From positions 5,779,327 through 5,843,326 of the forward strand of contig OZ316897.1 of assembly GCA_973895155.1 (NCBI GenBank): DNA of 64,000 nt, written 5' to 3'. A model generated the notes under the pieces. That model was given only the letters and a program-made list of their open reading frames with translations. It ran no database searches and had not been told where the DNA came from. Position numbers and translations under genes: made by a program. The stretch comes from Marsupella aquatica (taxonomy: Eukaryota; Plantae; Marchantiophyta). This document shows positions 56,034 to 64,000 of the stretch, one piece after another (the stretch's first letter is position 1; each line of letters starts with the position of its first letter).

Positions 56034-59006
56034 TGTGGTGCGTCCCATGGCTCCCTAAACCCAAGAAACCCCCCAGCTCAAGCCGATTCCCGCAGGTTTC
56101 GTGCTTGGCGAGGCCGTTTCCACGGCTTAGCGGCATGGGACGCTGCTAACCTTCTACTACTACTATTAACATTTTACACACATATACTGGACAGATCCTT
56201 CATCGGGTCATGAGATACGTAGCCGGCCTAATATAGGCCTTCCCCTGTCTTCCCCTGTCTTCCCCTCCGTCTTGTTAGGTATGTTTGGATTCCGCCGCCG
56301 GAATGATCCCCAATAGGCTTGGTTAAGCCGCTAAGACCTCTCTCAGCTCGACACATCCAACTCTCACTCCCCTGCTTACTTTCCTTCCTTCTGTTGATGT
56401 GGGCACTCTTCACACAAGTTAATGCGACACACAAATAGCAAAATGACTCATTCTGACTGAGTCATACCATGCACTTGCCATACAAACAGTACATCTCATA
56501 CACAAGTTCTGCGAACTAAGCCGTGAGGCCAACTCTATTCAGCTCTTAGGCATGAGGAAACATGAATATACACAAGGGTCACTGTATGACTAACCGAGAG
56601 CTTCTCGTACTACTTGATCCCAGCCCGGCTGGTGCAAACTAAAAACTTGCTAAAGAAGAGGCCCTGAGCTCCCCGCTGCCCAGGTACTTATCCTGGTAGT
56701 GGATCCGCCATTCTTTGCATCGTAAGCCTAATCTACTTAACAGTAATCTACTTGCCCGAATCTACCTATGTACAGCAAGGCAGGAGCACAAGTGTTGCTC
56801 CTACCAGTGGGACCGCAATCCCACTAAGCTAAGTGTCAGGGCCGCTCCTGGTTCTGATCCTAATCCTAAACGTGGAGATCCGCGCCCGCCCTGCCCACTC
56901 ACGCCTCCTCCCTCCACGTCCGCCCTCCCTAAAAGGAACGGCGCCCTTGCACCGTCACGACACCGGTGGTGGATCCTCAATGGACGCCCCCAACACTTCC
57001 TCCTCAGCCACTGCCGTTGGCCCGCCTACTGACAGATTACCTGCCCTTGACCGAGTCAACTCTCCATCGGCCTGACTGGGTCCACCTTCGGCTTCAGCCT
57101 CGACACCGGCCTCGGCAATACCCACGGCTTCGGCCTCAGCCACTCCCACGGCTTCGGCCTCCCCTTCCCCTAGGGTAGTTGGATCCCTAGCCGTGACCCT
57201 GTCTAGGGTCGGTGCTGGGTCTACCTCCTTGATCACCACGGCCTGTGAAGTCGTATTACTCCTTGACCCTGAAGGTTTCCGCTTCTTCTTCGTTGGTGGC
57301 TCGGCAGCTGGTCCCTTCCCCTTCCCACTTACTTCCGGCACTGGTGCAGGTGGCGCGGCTTGTCCTTCGGCAATTACCACCCCTGGTAACTGGTTTTTCC
57401 TAACGGGAGATGGACCTGCTGCAGCTAAGCATTTAAATACTGCGGCTTGTTTCTTCAGCCACTCTGTTTGGTTGTCGGCCCGCCGCTGTAGGTTCTCCAT
57501 CTTCCTCGTGATTTCCTCCAACTCCTCTTGGGTTTCATCCAGGTCCTTACGTGCCCCCTCCAGCTCGTTTTTGGCCTCCTCTTGCTCCCTGTGGGCTTCC
57601 TCCAATTCCTTCTTCAAGGTAGCCCTCTCCTCCTGGGTTGCTCTTAGCTCCTTGTCGAGCTCTGCAATGATGACAGACTCCATCTGGTTCATCTTGGCGT
57701 AAGTCTGTTCGAGCATCTCGTCCTTCTCCCTTAGGTCGGCCTTGAAGCTGGCCGTCAGGGACGCAAGCTCCTGCTGCAGCGCCATAATCCCTTGATAGGA
57801 TTTCCCTAACTCGACCTCCTTCTGCTCAAGGGCTCCGCGGATTTTCTCGAGCTCCCCTTTCAACGCCCATTCCTTTCTTTGGGTCTCCGCCATGGCCCGG
57901 CTGTTGGCTGTTATGTGGGCCTCCTCTGTATTCTTCAGCTCTTGCTTCCACTTCTCCCTCTCTTTGATCGTGTCGGCCAACTCTTCCTGCGTCTGAGTCA
58001 GTTTATCCTTGATATTCTGATTATCAGCCTGCGCGGTGTCCAACTGCCCCTGCATGATGTTCAGCTCATGTCGTTTAATCCGCAGTTCATCTTGGGCTTT
58101 CTTGGCCGCCCTTAGATCTTCAATCTCGGCTTCCATCCTCCTAAGCCGCCGAATGACCTCGTCCTTCTTGCTTCTCTCTAAAGCCACCGCTTCTTCTGCT
58201 CGGCTGGCTTCTTTGGTGCCGCCGACCTCGTTCTTTTTGCCGGGGTGACTTCATCGTTGACGGCTCCCTTCCTCTTCATCTCTGCTGCCGTGGAGGTTTC
58301 TCCTAGCACCGTTGCCTGGGTCCACCTTTCCGTGCTACCCTTTAATTCCCAGTGTATGTCGTTGCAGTTCTTGATGGCCTCTCGGATGCCGACGACGTTG
58401 TCTTTGCAGAACAGAAGATCGTCGAGTTGATTGGAAGTAGGCGTCCACAGGAACTCGTCCTTGATGAGTTCGCCTCCTAAGAAAGCCGTCTTCTGCAGCT
58501 CCCACAATCGAGCGAGCTCCTGCCGTTCTCGAGCTGCCCTTTCTGACTCCTCGTCCTCGTAAGTCTTGATGTACTCAGTTGCCCGTTCGAACAGGCATCC
58601 CCAGAAATGTGCCGCTTGATTGATGTTGCTCATACCCTCCTTAGGTCGATCGTCGGTATCTACTCTCTCCCCGAGTGCTTGCCTAAGCAGCTGACAGTAG
58701 TTGGCCTCCCGTAGTCGTCTGCCTAGTTCGTGCTCGCAAATGAGCCACCATCTCCTGCAAGCGCTCCTTACCCCTCTCCTCTGCCGGTCCTTCTTCCCGT
58801 TGATCCTTCCTAGCCGCCGACGCTTAACGCGCCCTAACCCTAATCGGGTTTTCACCCTCAGCCTTACCTCCGGCCTCTGCCCGGGTTCCATGGTTGCCCC
58901 TAATTGTTTATATTTTCCTTGTTTTGTCCCTATACTAAGGTGTTCCTAGGGTGCCTTCCTGCTTTACCCACTTAACCGGCCGAGTGATTCCTGTCTAGGC
59001 ATCACA
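56034..59006 (-). repeat. 3' LTR of copy D (2973 bp, internal deletion of about 1.66 kb)
   Basis: The junction near 58195 joins the equivalents of A 8326 and A 9990. Confidence 0.92.
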
Positions 59007-62000
59007 TAGCTCCCCACTTAATTGTGAAGCGTCCTCGCGAACAACTTCATCTTCGTCCATATAGTATTTCTTGAGGCGGTCATAATGGATGCGAACTGGA
59101 TATACCTCTCCCGTAATGTTGGCCAATTGTACGGAGCCATTGGGGAACATCATGGTTACTCTAAAGGGTCCTAACCAGCGAGTGTAAAGCTTTCCTGGAA
59201 ACCTACTATACCTACTGTCATAAAGTAGCACAAGATCACCGGTATGAATACTAACTACTTTTAACCTTTTATCATACTGCTGCTTCATGATATTCTGTCT
59301 ATATTCTACTCTCTCGGCTGAAATCATTCTCGCTTCCTCTAAAGCTTCTAACCTATATTCTCGCTCCTTTAGGCTCTCCTCCGCTGAGGCTCTTTCCTCA
59401 ATTGTAACTTGAAATGTCGGTATCTCAAGTTGCATGGGTACCAGGGCTTCTTGTCCAAAGGTTAAGAAGAAGGGTGTATGACCGGTAGTGGATTTATAGG
59501 CAAGATTGTAAGCAAAAACAGCAGCAAACAATTTATCATCCCAATCGAGTTTGTTCTGAGCTACTGTCTTGTTCAATATCTTTCCTATGATTCCGTTTGC
59601 TCGTTCTGTCAACCCGTTTGCCTTTGGATGGTAGGGAGTAGTAGGCCTATGTTTAACTAAATACTGCTCATTTAAACGACTAATTATATCATTCAAAAAA
59701 TGGGGTCCTCTATCACTAACTAATTCTAGGGGTGCTCCATACCTGGTGAAGATCTGCTCATACATGAATCTAGCCGTAGTAATTGCATCATCCTTCGTTG
59801 TTGGTCTGGCCTCTACCCATTTAGTTGCATAATCCGTAGCCAGGATTATGTACTTGTTCCGTCGAGGGTGGGTCAGTGGTTTCAGAGGTCCAATGTAATC
59901 AATACCCCACTTCTCGAATGGTGCCAGAGGTAGAATATGGTGCAGTGGATGCCTGGTGGACGCCCTTGGTCCTCCCGCTCGTTGACAAGGATCGCATTGT
60001 TTGATAAACTGATAGACATCTTTGTGCAAGGTGGGCCACCAGTAACCGGCATTTAATATCTTCTTAGACGTGGTTACTGGGGCAAAATGTCCTCCGGCCT
60101 CCTCTCCATGCATGGCCCGTAGGACTCGTTTTACCTCTCTCTTTTCCAAACATCTTTGAATCGTGCCGTTGATTCCATGCTTGTGCAGTATGCCTTTAAT
60201 GCACTGATACTATCTGACCTTCCGCACAAAGACTGCGGCTTGCTCTCGGCTTAATCCTGGCTGTAATCTGGAAGTGCTGAGAAATTGTAAAATCTCAGGG
60301 TACCATGTACCAGCTATTTCCACAACGAATAGCTCCTCGTCAGGGAATCGATCATCGATGCAATCCGTGGCAGGTTTACCTGTGATCCTTGAAAAGAAGT
60401 CGGCATTGGCATGTAACTTTCCCGGCTTGATCCTCAGCTCATAGTCAAACTCCTGTAATAGCAAAATCCATCTTGCTACTCTGCCTGTAAGGTCCGGCTT
60501 ATTGACTAGGTACTTCAAACTTTCATGATCAGTATGAAAGATTACCTTGTACCCTAGTAAATAATGCCTAAAATTTTTACAAGAATAAATGACTCCTAAT
60601 GCTTCTCTTTCCGTGGTAGAGTAGTTCCGTTCGGCATCGGCAAGCTGACGGCTTGCGAAGTATATGGGATGGTCCCTTCCTTTCTCATCCAACTGACTTA
60701 GTACTGAGCCAATACAGAAGCCCGAGACATCTACAAAAACATGAAAATCTTTGTTCCAGTCCGGTGCTATCATGACTGGGGCCTCTACTAACATCTGCTT
60801 CAATTCTACCACCGCTGTGACTCGTTCGGGTGTGGGTTCGAAGTCTGCTCCTGCCTTGAGCATATTGGTTAATGGTAAAGCCAGCTTGGAAAAATCCTTG
60901 ATGAACCGGCGATAGTAACCAATGCATCCCAAGAAGGATCTTACATCCTTTATGTTCTTAGGTTGCATGATATCTAGCCATACTGCTAGCTTACCTTTGT
61001 CAATCTCAATGCCCTTCCTTGATACCTTGTGGCCTAGTAGCACCCCCTCGGTTACTCCAAAAAAACATTTATCTGGGTGTAACTTGAGACCCACCTCTCT
61101 ACATCTCATGAAGGTTTTCCTGAGGTATTTAGCATGTTTCGATGCCTTCCCGAATACTGCAAAGTCATCAATGAAGATTTCCATGAACTTTCTCAAGTAA
61201 TCATGAAAAATGTTCACCATTAATCGTTGGAACATAGCTGGTGCGTTGCAGAGTCCAAACGGCATACGATTGAAGACATAGATCCCCCATTCCGTGATGA
61301 AGGCCGTCTTGATTTGGTCTTCCTGCCGAATCCTGATTTGGTTATAACCAGAGTATCCATCCATGAATGAATATAGTTCATGACTGGCTACCATGTCTAG
61401 TACCATATCAGTAAACGGTAAAGGAAAATGGTCTTTTAATGTTGCTTCATTCAGCTTCCTGTAATCCTGACAAACCCGGATCTTGGGTTTACCATCGGGT
61501 CCAGCTTTCTTGGGAACTATCACAATTGGAGACACCCAGTCTGAATGCAGGACTGGAGTGATGAATCCAGCTTCCACTAGTTTGTCGATTTCTGTTTTGA
61601 CCAGCAGGGAATACTTCGGGTTCATCCTTCGAATTGGTTGTCGAAATGATTTGGCTCCTAACATGAGATCAATTCGATGTTCCCCTAGTGTTGGATCTAC
61701 TCCCTTTAGATCTTGGTGACTCCATGCAAACACATCCTGAAATTCAATCAATAAGTCACTGATCTCTTTCTCGAGCTCAGGTGCTAGGTTTCTCCCTAAG
61801 TTCAGTTCTCTTCCCTCTCCTAAGTCGAGCTTCCGATATTGCCGTGCTTGGATCATATTAATCTGCTTCTTCAAATTCGGGTCCAGTTCGGCTTCCAGTC
61901 TCTCTAATCTCATACCTCCATAAACTGGGATCTCGGCTGGACTAGCCGAGTCGGTCCCTTCCTTGGTGTCCATAGATTGTCCCCTTACCGGTCTATTCGG

Positions 62001-62261
62001 TTTTGAATTAGTGGTCGGCTCCCCTTCCTGCCTTGGCTCTAGATCGTGTATGTCCATCTCATCCACCTCTTGCTCCTGAGAGTTAGGCCGCTGTGCTCTC
62101 TCGGCTTCTAATAGGGCCTCAATTTGTTCTGCCCTCGTAATCGGCTTGTATGCCGATCCCTTGGTATTTAATTCCTTGCCGATGATCGATGGCGTTGTGG
62201 ACCCCGTCGGCTCTGCCACAACGCCTGCAGAAAATCCACTATCCCTGCTACTGCTCCCCAC
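58995..62261 (-). pseudogene. pol: pol (RT-RH-IN) of copy D, one premature stop at 60210
   Basis: The 683-aa and 384-aa ORFs are in frame; the TAG corresponds to CAG in element A. Confidence 0.93.
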
Positions 62262-64000
62262 TTAGCCGTTTCATCCAATTGGTCTACATCCTTTACTTCC
62301 TCCGGAATTGCAGCTAAAAAGGTGGATTCTATTGTAAAGCAGTCCTCGACCTCCTCGTCTTCTTCTTCCAAGTCACCTTCCATTGGTTCTTGCCATAATC
62401 CGCTCGGGGGTACCTCTGGTCCAAAGACACCTTCTTCGGTTAGGTTAGTGAGGCATTCTAACCAACGTACTTCATCGGCTGACTCCAGTCCACTGTCGTA
62501 CCCATCTACTTCCCTTATGCTTTTCCTACGGTCATCCTTAGTGTCCCAGGATACCGTGATAGAGGGGGTCCCGAAAGTGAACTACTTTTTACCCCAATCT
62601 TCTATTACCTCGGCTAGGTACAGCCATGGCCTACCAATCAATAGCCAGAATGACGTAGGATTTACCGGCTTCATTACTACATAGTTAATGCTAAAGAAGA
62701 TACCTCCTATCTCTGTCTTGATGCCGGTTAACACTCCCGTCGGAATGACCTGATATCCATTGGCCATGTTCAACACTCTTCCAGTCATCTCCGGTGTTAG
62801 ACCCCACCCTTTTGCTGTTGAATCAATCATAATACATACCCCTGATCCTCCATCGATGGGTACCCGTAGTAATAATTCTCCTTGAATCATTAATGGTAAT
62901 GCTGGGGCTCCTTGATCTTCTTCTATCATTAGTACGTCGGATCTGGTTGCTACCTTGGGTAATCTCGGCTTGCCGAGAATAGCCTTCCTTAATTGCTTCC
63001 GGAAGTACGGGCTATTTTTCAATAGTTGACCTACTATTGCCGAGACTCTAGATTCTAGTACATCTTTAGCCAGGTCATAGGGAACAATCGGCTTCTCTTC
63101 TGGTGGTGTTTCCGTCTTGGATTCGGCCAGTTTTGCCACGCTAGTCTCCACAGCTGTTGGGTCTTCCGAAGCAAACAATGCTTTTGCTCGTTTTACATCC
63201 TTGGCAATGGCTTCGGTATTCTCCAGGGTTTCTAATTCTCTTAGTTGTTCCTTAACACTAGCCGTAACAGAGGGGTAGAACAACTTAGGATGATCTCGAT
63301 TGAAGTCGCTATCTTGTGAAGGATTGGTTTCACTGGTGGGCTCATGGCTCACCTGTATTGCCGGAGCCCTCCCTTCTCCTTCTGTTGATGTTGACGAAGA
63401 GTCGATCCTTTCCTCCGTAACCTTCCCTTTATTTTTGGCCAGCCCATCCCACCTTTCCTTCCTTCTGGTAGATCGAGTAGAGACCCGGTAGCAATCATGA
63501 TCTAAATCCTCCTCTGAGAAGGTTGATAGGGCTTCGGCCTCATCATCAGATGGTACGAACTCTGCCTCGGCATCCTCTTGCCATCCTAGTTCGATGTGGT
63601 TGATTTGAACTCCTCCGGGGGTAGTACCTGGCGGTAAGATCTTGATCGGCAAAAGCTTATGATTTGCGGCCAGGCCTGCCAACCAAGTAGGACATTGCCC
63701 TAGCATATGACCTTCCTGTCGGCATCCCATACATAGCTGAGCTGGTTGTCCATCACCCTGTTTGCGTGCATTTGGGCATTCTCTAGCAAAATGGCCAGGT
63801 TGACCACAATTATAGCACGCCGCAAATCTTTGCACATTTGGCCTAGGAGGTACTGACGGGTTCTGAATAATCCGAGGATACATCTCTCCTGGATTGTTCC
63901 TTAACCCTGACCACAGAGATGCAGGTCTGTTGGATAGGTCTCGTGCTCCAGTCTCACTGATGCCGAAAACACTATCAGCGGCATCTCCCAAAAAGTACTC
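62168..64000 (-). pseudogene. gag: gag C-terminus and protease of copy D, stop at 62582
   Basis: 469-aa ORF with two CCHC knuckles and IDGGSG. Confidence 0.9.

Larger units (their letters stand above)
56034..64000 (-). mobile_element. Family A copy D, inserted in family B pol; 5' part beyond the window
   Basis: LTR 56034-59006, then IN, RH, RT, PR and gag nearly identical to element A; predicted TSD ACGTG (56029-56033). Confidence 0.95.

Overview
Eukaryotic, plant-type transposon-dense window with no recognisable host gene. A non-seed land plant is my guess, not something the sequence proves. About 70% is nested non-chromoviral Ty3/gypsy LTR retrotransposons of two families. Family A comprises element A (1-12169), an older copy C (26034-43318), a solo LTR (37717-42375) and copy D (56034-64000). 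Family B comprises a solo LTR (34170-37345) and a 3' half (50692-56033). The rest is CACTA/CMC-like DNA-transposon material, an ORF-intact EN-RT LINE with a 181-bp tandem array at its 5' end, and an L1 fragment. Main results: (1) TSD-flanked solo LTRs define giant LTRs (A about 4.66 kb, B about 4.0 kb), each mostly filled by one long sense ORF (about 1120-1210 aa and 860-880 aa). The two proteins are homologous (N-domain, PMD-like domain, coiled coil), so the LTR itself carries a gene. (2) Gag-PR and RT-RH-IN are joined by a candidate -1 ribosomal frameshift signal (in-phase GGATTTT, 5-nt spacer, 9-10-bp stem, possible pseudoknot). The signal is present in three copies, and the -1 frame relation holds in A and D. 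(3) A spliced CACTA-type gene fuses a transposase-associated CPCxxC zinc motif to a SET domain. (4) A spliced pseudogene of about 1360 codons with a ParB-like domain and an N6/N4 DNA-methyltransferase-like domain sits among arrays of a 25-bp palindrome. All domain calls are motif recognition by eye and need HMM or structure confirmation.
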